Assembly: GCA_964431835.1 (NCBI GenBank)
Contig: CAYSKO010000005.1
Location: 52,167-116,166 of the forward strand
Origin: an uncultured Planctomycetia bacterium
GTDB taxonomy: Bacteria > Omnitrophota > Gorgyraeia > 2-02-FULL-51-18
DNA length: 64,000 bases
Reading direction: 5' to 3'
The notes beneath the pieces are model-generated. The model did not search any database and was not told the origin of the DNA. It worked only from the letters and a program-made list of their open reading frames with translations. Made by a program: the position numbers and the translations under genes. Below are positions 15,490 through 26,763 of this stretch, piece by piece. Positions within the stretch are counted from its first letter, which is position 1. Every line of letters begins with the position of its first letter.

Positions 15490-17396
15490 CAAGCGACCTC
15501 TTCCTCCTCTGGACGATCCAGCTTGCGCCGCTGGCGGCTTTCCTTCTCCTTTTCGTTCTGCCCAAGGGCGCGCGCCGCGCCGCGCCCGTCGTGGGCATGG
15601 TCTTCGCGTTCGCGGCCGCCGCGGCGTCGATCACGCTCCTTTTCTCACACGCGGGCGAACACGGCGGGTTCGTCTACGAATACAAGACGCTCTGGCTGCG
15701 GGTTACCGAGATGGCGCTTTGGCCGGGCGTCGTGATGCCCGAATACGTCCTTTCCGCCGGCTTCTTGGTCGATCCGCTCAACCTTCTCATGATCGCGATC
15801 GTCACCACGATCGCGTTCTTCGTGCAGATGTTCTCCTACTACTACATGGCGGAAGACCCGTCCAGGCCGCGCTACTTCGCTTTCCTGTCGTTCTTCTCTT
15901 TCGCGATGACGGGCTTGGTCCTCGCCTGCAACCTTCTGCAGACGTTCCTCTTCTGGGAACTCGTAGGACTGGCTTCTTACCTTCTGATCGGATTCTGGTA
16001 CGAGAAGCCGGCGGCGGCGACGGCCGCGCGCAAAGCGTTCGTTCTGAACCGTCTGGCGGATCTCGGTTTCTACCTCGGCATCGTTTTTCTCTTTTTCTTC
16101 GTCGGCACGCTCGATTTCACGGCGTTCCGCCCCGACGCGCTGCGCGAGGCGATGGGCTCCGGCTGGGCGGCCGCCGTGGGGCTCCTCGTCTTCATGGGCG
16201 TCATGGGCAAGTCCGCTCAATTTCCCTTCCACGTCTGGCTGCCAGACGCGATGGAAGGCCCCACCCCGGTTTCCGCCCTAATCCATTCGGCCACCATGGT
16301 TGCGGCGGGCGTGTTCCTCATGGCACGCGCCTTTGGTCTTTTCGCGGCTTCCGAAGCGGCCCTCACCGCGGCGCTCGTGGCCGGCGCGCTGACCGCGATA
16401 ACGGGCGCGCTCCTGGCGACCGTCCAGCGGGATATCAAGCGCATCCTCGCCTACTCGACCGTCAGCCAGCTCGGCCTCATGGTGATGGCGATGGGCGCGG
16501 GCTCTCCGGTCGCTGGGATGTTCCACCTGTCGACGCACGCGTTTTTCAAATCACTCCTTTTCCTCACGGCCGGCGCGTTCATCCACCGTTTCCATTCGAA
16601 CGACATCTGGGAAATCGCGCGTGCCGGCGGAAAAAAAGACAAGCTCGCTATGGCGGCGCTCACGCTCGGCCTCCTCTCGCTTTCGGGTATTCCGCCGCTC
16701 TCGGGCTTCTTCTCGAAGGACCTGCTCCTCGAAGCGCTGAGCGAGCGTTCTGGCTTCTTTTATTGGATCGGCGTCGCGGTGAGCTTCCTGACCGCGTTCT
16801 ATTCGTTCCGCCTTCTTTTCGTTCTCCTTTTCACGAAGCCGGGCCATGCGCCGCACGCCGCGCACGCGCACGCGCCGTCACCTTTCCTGAGCGCCTGCCG
16901 CGCGGTGCCGCTGGTTTCGCTCGCTTTGCTCTCGCTTCTGATCGGAGCGCTGGGAACGTCGTGGGGCGGATCGGCACTGCTCCACTGGCTCGGCGGTCAC
17001 GATGCGCACCTGGATCCGACGATCGCCGGCACGACGCTCGTTCTCGCTTCGATCGCGGTCGTCCTGGCTTTCTTTAAGTTCCGCGATCCCGCGGCAGCCG
17101 AAACGCGCCTCGAGGAAGAAGGCGGGTCCTGGAAGCGCGCGCTCCAGCATAAGTTCTACGTCGACGACGCGTACGAATTCCTCGTTAAGAGCGTCGGCCT
17201 GTCCTTCGCGGCGGCGCTCAACTGGATCGATAAACGGGTGTTCAACCGCCTTTTCGTCGATCGGACCTCCGGCGCCGTGCTCGGTCTCGGAAAGCTCCTC
17301 TCCCGCCTCCAGAGCGGCCTTCTCCAAGATTATCTCTCGCTGGCCGTGGGCGTCGGCATCGTCATTCTCCTTTTCGTATTGAAAGGAACGCCTTGA
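15486..17396 (+). CDS. nuoL: NADH-quinone oxidoreductase subunit L
   Basis: [57 protein letters not shown]. Confidence 0.96.
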   Translation: MTSDLFLLWTIQLAPLAAFLLLFVLPKGARRAAPVVGMVFAFAAAAASITLLFSHAGEHGGFVYEYKTLWLRVTEMALWPGVVMPEYVLSAGFLVDPLNLLMIAIVTTIAFFVQMFSYYYMAEDPSRPRYFAFLSFFSFAMTGLVLACNLLQTFLFWELVGLASYLLIGFWYEKPAAATAARKAFVLNRLADLGFYLGIVFLFFFVGTLDFTAFRPDALREAMGSGWAAAVGLLVFMGVMGKSAQFPFHVWLPDAMEGPTPVSALIHSATMVAAGVFLMARAFGLFAASEAALTAALVAGALTAITGALLATVQRDIKRILAYSTVSQLGLMVMAMGAGSPVAGMFHLSTHAFFKSLLFLTAGAFIHRFHSNDIWEIARAGGKKDKLAMAALTLGLLSLSGIPPLSGFFSKDLLLEALSERSGFFYWIGVAVSFLTAFYSFRLLFVLLFTKPGHAPHAAHAHAPSPFLSACRAVPLVSLALLSLLIGALGTSWGGSALLHWLGGHDAHLDPTIAGTTLVLASIAVVLAFFKFRDPAAAETRLEEEGGSWKRALQHKFYVDDAYEFLVKSVGLSFAAALNWIDKRVFNRLFVDRTSGAVLGLGKLLSRLQSGLLQDYLSLAVGVGIVILLFVLKGTP

Positions 17397-18850
17397 GCTT
17401 CCCGATCCTGACCTCCATTCTCCTTTGCCCGGTCCTGGGTCTCCTGGCCGTTCTCCTGACGCCAGCTCGCATGGAAGGACTCGTGAAAGCGATTTCTCTG
17501 GCGACCGCCGCGGTTTCGCTCATTCTCTCGATCTTCCTCTGCATGGCTTTCGACGCGTCCAACCCCGGCTTTCAGATGGTCGAGTTCGTCGATTGGATGC
17601 CAAGCTACGGCGTGCATTACTCGATGGCGGTAGACGGCCTCAACGTGACGATGATTCTCCTCACCTCCATCGTCATCTTCTGCGGCATCCTCGTGTCGTG
17701 GGGCCTTAAATTCCGCGTGAAGGACTTCTTCGCGAACATGCTTTTCCTGGTTGCGGGCGTATTCGGCGTGTTCATGACGACGAACCTCTTCTTCTTCTTC
17801 CTGTTCTACGAGATCGCCGTGATCCCGATGTATCTCCTCATCGTGATCTGGGGCTCGACGAACAAGGAATACGCGGCCATGAAACTGACCCTTTACCTCC
17901 TCTTCGGAAGCGCGTTCATTTTCGCGGGCTTCCTGTACATGTATTCCCTGCCGGGGGCACATACTTTCGATCTAGTCGCGCTGAAAGAGAATGTCGCGTT
18001 CGCGCCCGACGTTCAAAATTGGCTCTTCCTCGCGCTTTTCATCGGCTTCGGCGTGCTGGCCGCCTGCTTCCCGTTCCACGTGTGGTCGCCCGAGGGCCAT
18101 GTCGCCGCCCCGACCGCCGCGAGTATGCTTCACGCGGGCGTTCTCATGAAACTCGGCGCGTTCGGCATCCTGCGGGTGGGCGTCTATCTGCTTCCCGACG
18201 GCGCTCGGTTCTGGGCGCCGCTCATCGCGGGTCTGGCGCTCTGCAACATCGTTTACGGTGCGTTCGTCGCCACGCAGCAGAAGGACCTTAAGTTCATCAT
18301 CGGCTTCTCGAGCGTCAGCCACATGGGCATCGTGCTTTTGGGCATCGCGACGATGACGGATGTCGGCTTCAACGGCGCGCTCTTCCAGATGTTCTCGCAC
18401 GGTCTCATGACCGCTCTTTTCTTCGCGTGTGTCGGGTGGATCTACGACGGCTGCCACACCCGCATGCTGGACGAGCTCGGGGGGCTTTCGAAGAAAGCAC
18501 CGAGAATCTCGGCGTTCTTCATCATCGCGGGCCTCTGCGGGCTCGGACTCCCGGGCATGGGTAGCTTCGTCGCCGAGCTTCTCGTCACGATCGCGGCCGT
18601 GAGCCGGTTCCCGGCGGTCGGCGTGATCTCCATCGTCGCGCTCCTCATCACCGCCTATTACGTCCTCACCGCGATCCAGAAGGCGTTCTACGGCCCCCCT
18701 TCGCCCCACACGGAACACCTGCACGACATCGGGTTCTTCCAGTTCATCCCGCGCGCGATCCTCGTGGGCGTCCTAGTTTTCTTCGGCGTGTTCCCTCAAG
18801 TTTTCATCGGTTTCGTCTCGGCCTCGACCAAGGCCCTCGTGGGAGCCTGA
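17393..18850 (+). CDS. nuoM: NADH-quinone oxidoreductase subunit M
   Basis: FYEIAVIPMYLLI, FPFHVWSPEGHVAAPT, LMKLGAFG, LGLPGMGSFVAE. Confidence 0.95.
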   Translation: MSFPILTSILLCPVLGLLAVLLTPARMEGLVKAISLATAAVSLILSIFLCMAFDASNPGFQMVEFVDWMPSYGVHYSMAVDGLNVTMILLTSIVIFCGILVSWGLKFRVKDFFANMLFLVAGVFGVFMTTNLFFFFLFYEIAVIPMYLLIVIWGSTNKEYAAMKLTLYLLFGSAFIFAGFLYMYSLPGAHTFDLVALKENVAFAPDVQNWLFLALFIGFGVLAACFPFHVWSPEGHVAAPTAASMLHAGVLMKLGAFGILRVGVYLLPDGARFWAPLIAGLALCNIVYGAFVATQQKDLKFIIGFSSVSHMGIVLLGIATMTDVGFNGALFQMFSHGLMTALFFACVGWIYDGCHTRMLDELGGLSKKAPRISAFFIIAGLCGLGLPGMGSFVAELLVTIAAVSRFPAVGVISIVALLITAYYVLTAIQKAFYGPPSPHTEHLHDIGFFQFIPRAILVGVLVFFGVFPQVFIGFVSASTKALVGA

Positions 18851-18851
18851 C

Positions 18852-20273
18852 ATGCTGACTCTCCTCCTTCCCGAGATCCTGCTCGCGATCACGATCACGG
18901 CGCTTCTTTGCCGGATGCTGAGCCGCCAATCGGAGACCGAACCGCGCCTCTTCATGGCCGTGGCGGCGTGCCTTCTGGTCGCCGGAGCGGTCGTCTCCGT
19001 TTTTTTCGGGCCCGCGACGCTCTTCTACGCTTCGTACCGCGTGGATCTCCTCTCACAGGGCTTCAAGGTGATTCTCGCGGCGTCGCTCCTCTTCACGGTG
19101 CTCGCTTCGCGCGATCAGTTCTCGATCCAGGCCAATCGCCTGCCGGAATACTACTTCTTCCTCCTCACCGGTACGCTCGGAATGATGATGATGACGAGCG
19201 CGGCGGATCTCCTGACGCTCTACGTCTCGCTCGAGCTCTCGAGCTACTCGCTCTATCTCCTGACGGCGCTCCGGGACGAGCGCCGCACCACGGAGGCGAG
19301 CGTCAAATACGTGATCATCGGCGCGGCGGTAAGCGGCATCATGCTCTGGGGCTTGAGCCTCATGGCCGGCGTCTCGGGAACGTTCCTCTTAGCCGGCATG
19401 GCGCAAAACGCTCCCGCGCTCCTCGCCGAGCCGGCATTCGCGGCGGGACTCGCGCTCACGCTCTTCGCGGTCCTCTTCAAGCTCTCGGCTTTCCCCGTTC
19501 ACGCGTGGGCGCCGGACGCCTACGAGGCCGCCTCGACCCCCGTGACCGCGTTCCTGGCGACTGCCTCGAAAGCCGCCGCGGTAGCCGTCATGATCCGCCT
19601 TCTCATGCTGACCGGCCTCACACCGGGTCTGACCGCGGCCTTCGGCGCGCTCGCCGTGGCGTCGATGACGCTCGGCAACGCCGCCGCGCTCGTCCAGCGG
19701 GACGTCAAACGCCTGCTCGCCTATTCGAGCGTCGCGCAGGCGGGCTATCTTCTCGTGGGCCTCGCGGCCGTCTCGGGTGAAGGGTTCTCCTCCGCGTTCT
19801 TCTACGCGCTCGCTTACGCCGTCATGAACGCGGGTGCGTTCACGGTGGTGCTCGCGGTCGCGCGCGCGTCGGCCAACGACAATCCGAAGCTCTCCGATTT
19901 CGACGGCCTCGCCGAGCGCTCGCCGCTCCTGGGGCTCCTCCTTCTCGTCAGCCTCCTTTCGCTCGCGGGCATCCCGCCGCTGGCCGGCTTCACGGGCAAG
20001 TGGATCCTTTTCTCGGCGGCCATGGACAAGGGCCGCTGGCTTCTCGTCCTTTGGGCGGTTCTCAATAGCGTCGTGTCGCTCTTTTACTACCTCACGCTCG
20101 TGAAGCACGCCTATCTCGAGAAGCCTAAGACACTCGCGCCCGTCGGGGCGTCGCCGCGCGTGCGCGTGTTGGCTATCGGACTCTGCGTGGCGATCGTTCT
20201 TCTCGGTCTTTTCCCGAATTTCTTCGTCACCTTCGCGCAGCAGGCCGTCGTTTCGGCCGCGACGCCTTGGTAA
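18852..20273 (+). CDS. nuoN: NADH-quinone oxidoreductase subunit N
   Basis: EASVKY, FKLSAFPVHAWAPDAYE, KRLLAYSSVAQAGY, LSLAGIPPLAGFTGK. Confidence 0.95.
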   Translation: MLTLLLPEILLAITITALLCRMLSRQSETEPRLFMAVAACLLVAGAVVSVFFGPATLFYASYRVDLLSQGFKVILAASLLFTVLASRDQFSIQANRLPEYYFFLLTGTLGMMMMTSAADLLTLYVSLELSSYSLYLLTALRDERRTTEASVKYVIIGAAVSGIMLWGLSLMAGVSGTFLLAGMAQNAPALLAEPAFAAGLALTLFAVLFKLSAFPVHAWAPDAYEAASTPVTAFLATASKAAAVAVMIRLLMLTGLTPGLTAAFGALAVASMTLGNAAALVQRDVKRLLAYSSVAQAGYLLVGLAAVSGEGFSSAFFYALAYAVMNAGAFTVVLAVARASANDNPKLSDFDGLAERSPLLGLLLLVSLLSLAGIPPLAGFTGKWILFSAAMDKGRWLLVLWAVLNSVVSLFYYLTLVKHAYLEKPKTLAPVGASPRVRVLAIGLCVAIVLLGLFPNFFVTFAQQAVVSAATPW

Positions 20274-22528
20274 ATCCAGGGAGCCGGAACCCAAACACGG
20301 CGAAACTCGGCCTGAAGGCCGCTCTTCCAGCCCTTTTACCAGCTTCTCTTTTTTCTTTCCTCGCGGCTCTCGCGCCTTCCGCCTTGTCGGATGGCAGGCG
20401 GATGTCTTTTGAATGGGCTCCCAGTATCGGCTTAGACATGACTTTCCGCCTCGACGGACTGGGCCTTCTCTTCGCCCTGCTGATTACGGGCATCGGAACG
20501 GCGGTGTGCTTTTACGCCCGCGGCTACCTCGACGGCGATCGGCGCCTCGGTCGTTTTTACGCCTTCCTGTACTTCTTCATGGCGTCCATGCTGGGGCTCG
20601 TACTAGCGGATAATTTCATCCTTTTCTTCGTGTTTTGGGAATTGACCGGCATCTCCTCGTATTTTCTCATCGGCTTCGACCATGAGAAAGAGTCCAGCAG
20701 GACCTCGGCGCTACAGGCACTTCTCGTTACGGGAGGCGGCGGTCTGGCGATGCTGGCCGGTCTTCTCTGCGTTTCGATGATCACGGGCGCGTCCAGGTTC
20801 AGCGAGCTCGATAGTCTCGGCTTCTCCGCCGCTTCCCTGGTTCCGCCCGGCGTGCTTGCGCTCGTCCTGGCCGGCGCCTTCACGAAGTCCGCGCAGTTTC
20901 CTTTCCATTTTTGGCTTCCCAACGCGATGACGGCGCCGGCGCCGGTAAGCGCGTACCTCCACTCGTCCACCATGGTGAAAGCCGGAATTTATCTCATGCT
21001 CCGCCTTTCGCCTTCGTTTTCCGGTGACTCTTTCTGGCGTTTCTCCCTCACCGCGATCGGTGCCGCTACGGTGGCTACGGGCGCGGTGCTTGCCGTCAAG
21101 CAAACGGACATGAAACGATCTCTCGCCTACCTCACGGTCAGCGCGCTGGGAATGATGACGATGATGATCGGCGCCGGTGCCGAAGGCGCAATTCACGCCG
21201 CGGTGGCGTTTCTCGTGGCGCACGCCTTCTACAAGGCGTCGCTTTTCATGTGCGCCGGATCGGTGGATCACGCGACGCACGAAAGGAATCCCGAGGCGTT
21301 AACGGGTCTTGCGCGCTTTATGCCGTTCACGGCTGTAGCCGCCGTCCTCGCGGGTGCGGCGATGGCGTCCTTGCCGCTGTTTCTTTCGTTCCCGGCCAAG
21401 GAAGCGGTGCTCGAAGCGGGTCTGCACTCGCCCGCACCCTGGATCGCCGGGATCGCCGCGGGTGCGGGAGCCGTTTACGCGGCGATGGCGTGGCTGCTCG
21501 GCGTCAAACCCTTCGGGGGAGCTGTAGAAAGCGCGAAAACACACGGCCACGAGGTCTCATTCCCAATGTACGTGCCGCCTCTCGCCCTCGCGGCGTGCGG
21601 CCTCGTTTTCGGCGTGTTTCCGGATCTGGTCGCGCCGTTCGTCGACGGCGCCGTCCGGTCCGCGGGCGGCTCGCCGGGGAAACTCGTGGCATGGCACGGG
21701 TTCACGCCGGCGCTTTTTCTCAGCCTGGGAGGCTTGGTCGTGGGCGCCGTCCTTTATCGCGGGCGGTTTGCCGCACGGAAAGCGCTCGCGCCCCTTGACC
21801 TTCCGGGATGGCCCGGGCCGGAACGCCTGTATCGGACGGTCCTAGAGGCGACGGTCGCCGGTGCCGGCCGCCTGACGCGGACCTTACAGAACGGGTATCT
21901 GAGGCGGTATCTCCGCGTGACGTTCGCTTCCGTTTCGGCACTTCTCGCCGTCGCGCTTTTCCGCTCCGGGAATCTGCCTTCACCTGCCCCGGATACGGCG
22001 CGGGCGTATGAGATCGTCCTTTCGTTCTTCATCTGCGCCGCCGCTCTCGCGGCCGTGTTGGCACGCTCGCGGTTCGTCGTCGTCGCCATGCTGGGATCCG
22101 TCGGTATGAGCATCACCCTTCTCTTCGTCCTTTACGGAGCGCCCGATCTCGCGATGACGCAGTTCACGGTTGAAACGTTGACCGTCATTCTCCTCGCCCT
22201 CGTTATGCACCGGTTACCTCCCTTCGCGCCCGCCTATTCCTCCGTGCCGCAACGCGCGATCGACCTCCTGCTCGCGGGAGGCTTTGGATTCCTGATGTCC
22301 GTCCTGACGTGGATATCGTTCACGGACGCGCGGCCGCAGCTTTCGGCCGTATCGGCGTTCTTTTCCGAGAACAGCCTTCCGGCGGCCCACGGACGCAACA
22401 TCGTGAACGTCATCCTGGTTGATTTCAGAGGACTCGACACGCTGGGCGAGATCACCGTTTTGGCGGTGGCGGGTGTCGGCGTGTTCTCCCTGGTCAAAGC
22501 CGCGGCCTCGAGGGGATCATCCCGATGA
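20267..22528 (+). CDS. mrpA: Mrp Na+/H+ antiporter subunit A (start uncertain)
   Basis: [66 protein letters not shown]. Confidence 0.93.
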   Translation: MVNPGSRNPNTAKLGLKAALPALLPASLFSFLAALAPSALSDGRRMSFEWAPSIGLDMTFRLDGLGLLFALLITGIGTAVCFYARGYLDGDRRLGRFYAFLYFFMASMLGLVLADNFILFFVFWELTGISSYFLIGFDHEKESSRTSALQALLVTGGGGLAMLAGLLCVSMITGASRFSELDSLGFSAASLVPPGVLALVLAGAFTKSAQFPFHFWLPNAMTAPAPVSAYLHSSTMVKAGIYLMLRLSPSFSGDSFWRFSLTAIGAATVATGAVLAVKQTDMKRSLAYLTVSALGMMTMMIGAGAEGAIHAAVAFLVAHAFYKASLFMCAGSVDHATHERNPEALTGLARFMPFTAVAAVLAGAAMASLPLFLSFPAKEAVLEAGLHSPAPWIAGIAAGAGAVYAAMAWLLGVKPFGGAVESAKTHGHEVSFPMYVPPLALAACGLVFGVFPDLVAPFVDGAVRSAGGSPGKLVAWHGFTPALFLSLGGLVVGAVLYRGRFAARKALAPLDLPGWPGPERLYRTVLEATVAGAGRLTRTLQNGYLRRYLRVTFASVSALLAVALFRSGNLPSPAPDTARAYEIVLSFFICAAALAAVLARSRFVVVAMLGSVGMSITLLFVLYGAPDLAMTQFTVETLTVILLALVMHRLPPFAPAYSSVPQRAIDLLLAGGFGFLMSVLTWISFTDARPQLSAVSAFFSENSLPAAHGRNIVNVILVDFRGLDTLGEITVLAVAGVGVFSLVKAAASRGSSR

Positions 22529-22935
22529 ATTCGCTGATTCTCAGGACGGTCGCCGAGTTCCTGAAACCCCTTTTAATCCTTTTTTCCCTTTTCCTCTTGT
22601 TCCGCGGACATCACGAGCCAGGAGGCGGATTCACGGGCGGCCTCGTCGCCGGCGCGGCGTACGTCTTGCACGCTCTCACGCGCGGTACGAATGCCACTCG
22701 CGCGCTGATCGTCGATCCGCGGCTATTGGTCTCCATCGGGCTTCTCACCGCTCTCTCCAGCGGGCTCTTTTCCGTCCTCTCCGGCCTTCCGTTCATGACC
22801 GGCATTTGGGCGAAGCTCGACTTGCCGGTCTTCGGAGCGCTCGAGATCGGCACTCCGATCGTTTTCGACGTGGGCGTTTACTTGGTGGTCGTGGGAACGA
22901 CGCTCACGATGTTTTTGGCGCTGGCGGACGACTGA
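22525..22935 (+). CDS. mrpB: Mrp antiporter subunit B
   Basis: [33 protein letters not shown]. Confidence 0.94.
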   Translation: MNSLILRTVAEFLKPLLILFSLFLLFRGHHEPGGGFTGGLVAGAAYVLHALTRGTNATRALIVDPRLLVSIGLLTALSSGLFSVLSGLPFMTGIWAKLDLPVFGALEIGTPIVFDVGVYLVVVGTTLTMFLALADD

Positions 22936-22936
22936 C

Positions 22937-23284
22937 GTGGCGATCCTTTTCTGCGTAGTCGTCGGGTTCCTCTACGCGGCAGCACTCTACATGTTGCTGA
23001 GCCGTAGCGTTGTGAAACTGCTGATGGGTCTCATCCTCCTGTCCCATGCGACGAACCTGCTCATCTTCTCGGCCGGCCGGCCCGTGCGAGGCGGCGTACC
23101 GCTCGTGCCACCCGGCGCGGCAGCACCGTCCCAACCGTTCCCGGATCCGCTTGCCCAGGCCATGATCCTCACCGCCATCGTCATCAGCTTCGGCGTTCTC
23201 GCCTTCGCGCTCGTCCTCGTCTACCGCTGCCACGCCGCCACCGGCAGCGACGACGTCGACGAACTCAGGAACACCGAATTGTGA
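22937..23284 (+). CDS. mrpC: Mrp antiporter subunit C
   Basis: [27 protein letters not shown]. Confidence 0.94.
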   Translation: MAILFCVVVGFLYAAALYMLLSRSVVKLLMGLILLSHATNLLIFSAGRPVRGGVPLVPPGAAAPSQPFPDPLAQAMILTAIVISFGVLAFALVLVYRCHAATGSDDVDELRNTEL

Positions 23285-24768
23285 ACGTGCTACTCGCGCT
23301 CCCCATCGTCGTGCCCATGGCGGCCGCCGCGGTGTCCCTCGCGTTTCGACGCTCGCCGAAGGTCCAGTACGCGGCGGGCGCGGTTTCCTCCGCCGCGGGA
23401 CTGGCCGTCGCGGTCGGAATATTCTTCAACGTCTCGCGGGAGGGCATTCTCAAGCTGGAAATCGGAAATTGGCCCGCGCCGTTCGGCATCGTGCTCGTCG
23501 CCGACCTCTTCAGCGCCATTATGCTTTTGGTCTCCACCGTGATCGCGGCGGCCGTTTTTGTGTATTCGACAGCCTCGACGGACGAAGAAAGGCGCTCGCT
23601 CGGCTTCTATCCCCTACTCCAGGTGCTGCTCATGGGCGTCTACGGCGCCTTCATGACGGGCGACCTGTTCAACCTTTACGTTTGGTTCGAGGTCATGCTG
23701 ATGGCTTCGTTCGTCCTGCTTTCCCTCGGAGGCGGCAGGGCCCAGATCGAAGGCGCGATCAAATACCTGGCCCTGAACCTGATCTCGTCGGCTTTTTTTC
23801 TGGCCGCGACCGCCGTGCTGTACGGGATCACAGGGACCGTGAATTTCGCGGAGCTCGCCCGCCAGCTCGACGGACAATCCGGGTCGGTTACGGTCGTCGC
23901 GATGCTGTTCCTTGTCGCTTTTTCGATCAAAGCGGCGGCATTTCCGTTTTTCTTTTGGCTTCCGGCGTCTTATCATACGCCCCCCGTGGCCGTTTCGGCG
24001 GTGTTCGCGGGTCTGCTCACGAAGGTCGGCGTATACGCTCTCGTGCGCGTGTTTACCCTGCTTTTCGTCGGGGACACGGCGTTCACGCACGGCATCATCC
24101 TATGGATGGCGGCGTTCACGATGATCGTCGGCGTGTTGGGCGCCGTCAGTCAGAACGATGCGAGGCGGGTCTTATCCTTCCATATCGTCAGCCAGATAGG
24201 GTACATGCTCATGGGATTGGGAATCTTCACTCCGGCGGCGCTGGCCGGTTGCGTCTTCTACATCTTTCATCACATGCTTGTGAAAACCAATCTCTTCCTG
24301 GTCGCCGGAATCGCCGAAAAGACTCTAGGTACGTTCGAATTGAAAAAAATGGGCGGGTTGTACGCCTCCTCCCCGCTCCTCGCCGGTCTTTTTTTGGTAT
24401 CCGCCCTCTCGCTCGCCGGCCTGCCACCGCTTTCGGGATTTTTCGCCAAATTGATCCTGATAAAAAGCGGAATCGAGGCGGGCGCCGGGTGGGTGTCCGC
24501 AGTGGCCCTCATCGTGGGGCTGTTGACGCTCTTTTCAATGACGAAAATCTGGAACGAGGCGTTCTGGAAACCGCTGCCTGCGTCGTCCGGGGCGACCAAT
24601 GGCGGGCGACCCGCCTTCGCATGGATCGCCCCGGTGGCGCTGCTCGCCGCGTGCACCGTGGCTATCGGGCTCGCAGCCGGGCCGGCTTACGATCTGTCAT
24701 TGCGCACGGCAACGCAGCTCATGGACCGCGGCGCTTACGTTCAAGCGGTTCTCGGGGACGGGTCATGA
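23281..24768 (+). CDS. mrpD: Mrp antiporter subunit D
   Basis: [52 protein letters not shown]. Confidence 0.95.
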   Translation: MNVLLALPIVVPMAAAAVSLAFRRSPKVQYAAGAVSSAAGLAVAVGIFFNVSREGILKLEIGNWPAPFGIVLVADLFSAIMLLVSTVIAAAVFVYSTASTDEERRSLGFYPLLQVLLMGVYGAFMTGDLFNLYVWFEVMLMASFVLLSLGGGRAQIEGAIKYLALNLISSAFFLAATAVLYGITGTVNFAELARQLDGQSGSVTVVAMLFLVAFSIKAAAFPFFFWLPASYHTPPVAVSAVFAGLLTKVGVYALVRVFTLLFVGDTAFTHGIILWMAAFTMIVGVLGAVSQNDARRVLSFHIVSQIGYMLMGLGIFTPAALAGCVFYIFHHMLVKTNLFLVAGIAEKTLGTFELKKMGGLYASSPLLAGLFLVSALSLAGLPPLSGFFAKLILIKSGIEAGAGWVSAVALIVGLLTLFSMTKIWNEAFWKPLPASSGATNGGRPAFAWIAPVALLAACTVAIGLAAGPAYDLSLRTATQLMDRGAYVQAVLGDGS

Positions 24769-25238
24769 AATTTCTGCTATGGAACGTTTTCCTGGCTCTG
24801 GCGTGGGTCGCGGTGACGGGCAGCCTGACGGCCGCCAATCTTGCGGCCGGATTCGCGCTGGGTTACAGCACGCTGTGGGTCACGACATCGGGCCCGGGGA
24901 AGGCCACTTATTTTTCGAAGCTCAAGCACGTCGTCAAATTCGCGAGCTTCCTCGGCTACGACCTCGTCGTCTCGGCGCTGCAGGTCGCATGGAACGTCCT
25001 TACGCCGAAAAGCGGGATCCGTCCGGGCGTCATTGCCATCCCCATCGAGTTGAAGACGGCCGCCGAAATCGTCATTCTCGCCAATTCCATCACGCTGACG
25101 CCCGGGACCCTTACGCTGGACATCTCCGAAGACAAAAAGACGCTGTTCGTGCACGCGATATTCATCGACGATCCCGCGCGTTTCCGCGCGGAAATACGCG
25201 ACGGCATCGAAAAGCGAACCGCGGAGCTGATGAAGTGA
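24765..25238 (+). CDS. mrpE: Mrp antiporter subunit E
   Basis: MKFLLWN..LANSITLTPGTLT. ATG overlaps the mrpD stop. Confidence 0.93.
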   Translation: MKFLLWNVFLALAWVAVTGSLTAANLAAGFALGYSTLWVTTSGPGKATYFSKLKHVVKFASFLGYDLVVSALQVAWNVLTPKSGIRPGVIAIPIELKTAAEIVILANSITLTPGTLTLDISEDKKTLFVHAIFIDDPARFRAEIRDGIEKRTAELMK

Positions 25239-25516
25239 TTCCCGTCCTCGCGGTGGGGTCCGCATTCACGTGGACGACCTGCTTCATGGTCGTCGGCCTG
25301 CTGCTCGCCTTCATCAGGCTGCTGCGCGGCCCTAGCCTCTGCGACCGCATCGTCGCCCTCGATCTCATGATGACGCTTTCTGTCGGAATCATCGGTCTCC
25401 GCTCCATCCAAACCGGACAATCCGTTTTTCTTTCAGTGATCGCCGTGATGGCCCTGATCGCTTTCCTCGGAACGATAGGATTCGTCTATTACGTCGGGAA
25501 AAGGATATCCTCATGA
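25235..25516 (+). CDS. mrpF: Mrp antiporter subunit F
   Basis: RLLRGPSLCDRIVALD..ALIAFLGT. GTG start overlaps the mrpE stop. Confidence 0.92.
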   Translation: MIPVLAVGSAFTWTTCFMVVGLLLAFIRLLRGPSLCDRIVALDLMMTLSVGIIGLRSIQTGQSVFLSVIAVMALIAFLGTIGFVYYVGKRISS

Positions 25517-25857
25517 AAGAGCTCGTCGTCGTCCTGTTGATTATGACGGGTTCCGTCTTTTCGCTGATCGCGTCGATAGGAATCATGAACATGCCGGACT
25601 TGTTCACCCGGATGCATGCGGCGACGAAAGCCGGGACGCTGGGTGTGGGCTTCATCCTATGCGGGGTAGCGGTGCATTTTTCGCAGACGGGCGTGACCAT
25701 GCTTGTCCTCGCCACGATCGGCTTCATCGTTCTCACCGCGCCGATCGCGGCGCACATGATCGGACGCGCCGCGTATTACACGGGCGTGCCGTTATGGAAG
25801 GATTCCGTGATGGATGAACTGAGGCCGGAATACCACAAGCGGGCGCGAGACCGCTAA
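25513..25857 (+). CDS. mrpG: Mrp antiporter subunit G
   Basis: MPDLFTRMHAATKAGTLG, TAPIAAHMIGRAAY. Confidence 0.94.
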   Translation: MKELVVVLLIMTGSVFSLIASIGIMNMPDLFTRMHAATKAGTLGVGFILCGVAVHFSQTGVTMLVLATIGFIVLTAPIAAHMIGRAAYYTGVPLWKDSVMDELRPEYHKRARDR

Positions 25858-25886
25858 AAAGACGTCCGGGCGACGCTTCGGCCGAA

Positions 25887-26741
25887 TCAGGGCTTCCGGA
25901 TGGTGACGACCCTGTTCCCCTTGAACGAGGGCACGAGGAGCTCATTTTTTTTGCGGTCGTAGGCGATATCCGCCGGCGAGGTAAGACCTTGCTGGTACAC
26001 CGAAAGCACGCCGCGGCCGTAGTTGGGCACGAGGTAGATCTCCCCCTTTTCAAAGCTCGAGACGTACAGGTTTCCTGCTGAATCGAAATCGATGCCGTCC
26101 AGCGTATGCAGCCCGCGCTTCAAGACATGCACCCGCCGTGAAGGGTCGATCTCGAGAATCCGCCCGGTTTCCCAGGTGACGGCCATGAGGTTCTTGGACT
26201 TCGGGTTGAAGAGGAGTCCGCTCGGGCTGCCGAGCTCCTGGCTCTCCAAGTACACGCTCGCCTTGTGGCCGTCCTTCGTGTCGATCTTGAAAATCCGGTT
26301 GGTCATGGTATCGCTTACGTAAAGCGCGCCCTGGGCGTCGGCCACGAGGTCGTTCAGGAAGCGCGCGCGGAACTTCGAAAGGTCTACGACCACGGAGGGC
26401 TTGCGCGTCTTCCGGTCGAAACCCTTCACCGTATCGACATCCGTCACGTACAGCGTGCGCCCCACGATCGCCATCCCCTTCGGCGCGTTCAGCGACAGCT
26501 CATCCTTGCGCCCGCCCATGAATTTCTGGATCACGATGCTGCCGCTCGAGCTGATCTTCGAGATGTAGCCGTTCCCGTCTTTTTCGTTCATCGTGCCGTT
26601 GGAATTGGAAACGTAATACGAGCCGTCTTCGGGATCGACGATGACGCTTTTGGGCGCCTCGAAATTGGAGAGCGAGAAAGCCGCCGCCGGCGACACGGCC
26701 GTCAGGACGAACGTTGAAAAAAGAAGCAAAAATCGTTTCAT
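25887..26741 (-). CDS. Secreted SMP-30/gluconolactonase-like beta-propeller protein
   Basis: Signal peptide; YYVSN..DGNGYISKI, LNAPKGM, FLNDL..GALYVSD, LDGIDFDSAGNLYVS. Confidence 0.8.
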   Translation of the reverse strand: MKRFLLLFSTFVLTAVSPAAAFSLSNFEAPKSVIVDPEDGSYYVSNSNGTMNEKDGNGYISKISSSGSIVIQKFMGGRKDELSLNAPKGMAIVGRTLYVTDVDTVKGFDRKTRKPSVVVDLSKFRARFLNDLVADAQGALYVSDTMTNRIFKIDTKDGHKASVYLESQELGSPSGLLFNPKSKNLMAVTWETGRILEIDPSRRVHVLKRGLHTLDGIDFDSAGNLYVSSFEKGEIYLVPNYGRGVLSVYQQGLTSPADIAYDRKKNELLVPSFKGNRVVTIRKP

Positions 26742-26763
26742 GGTCCGATTATAGCACGCGCCG

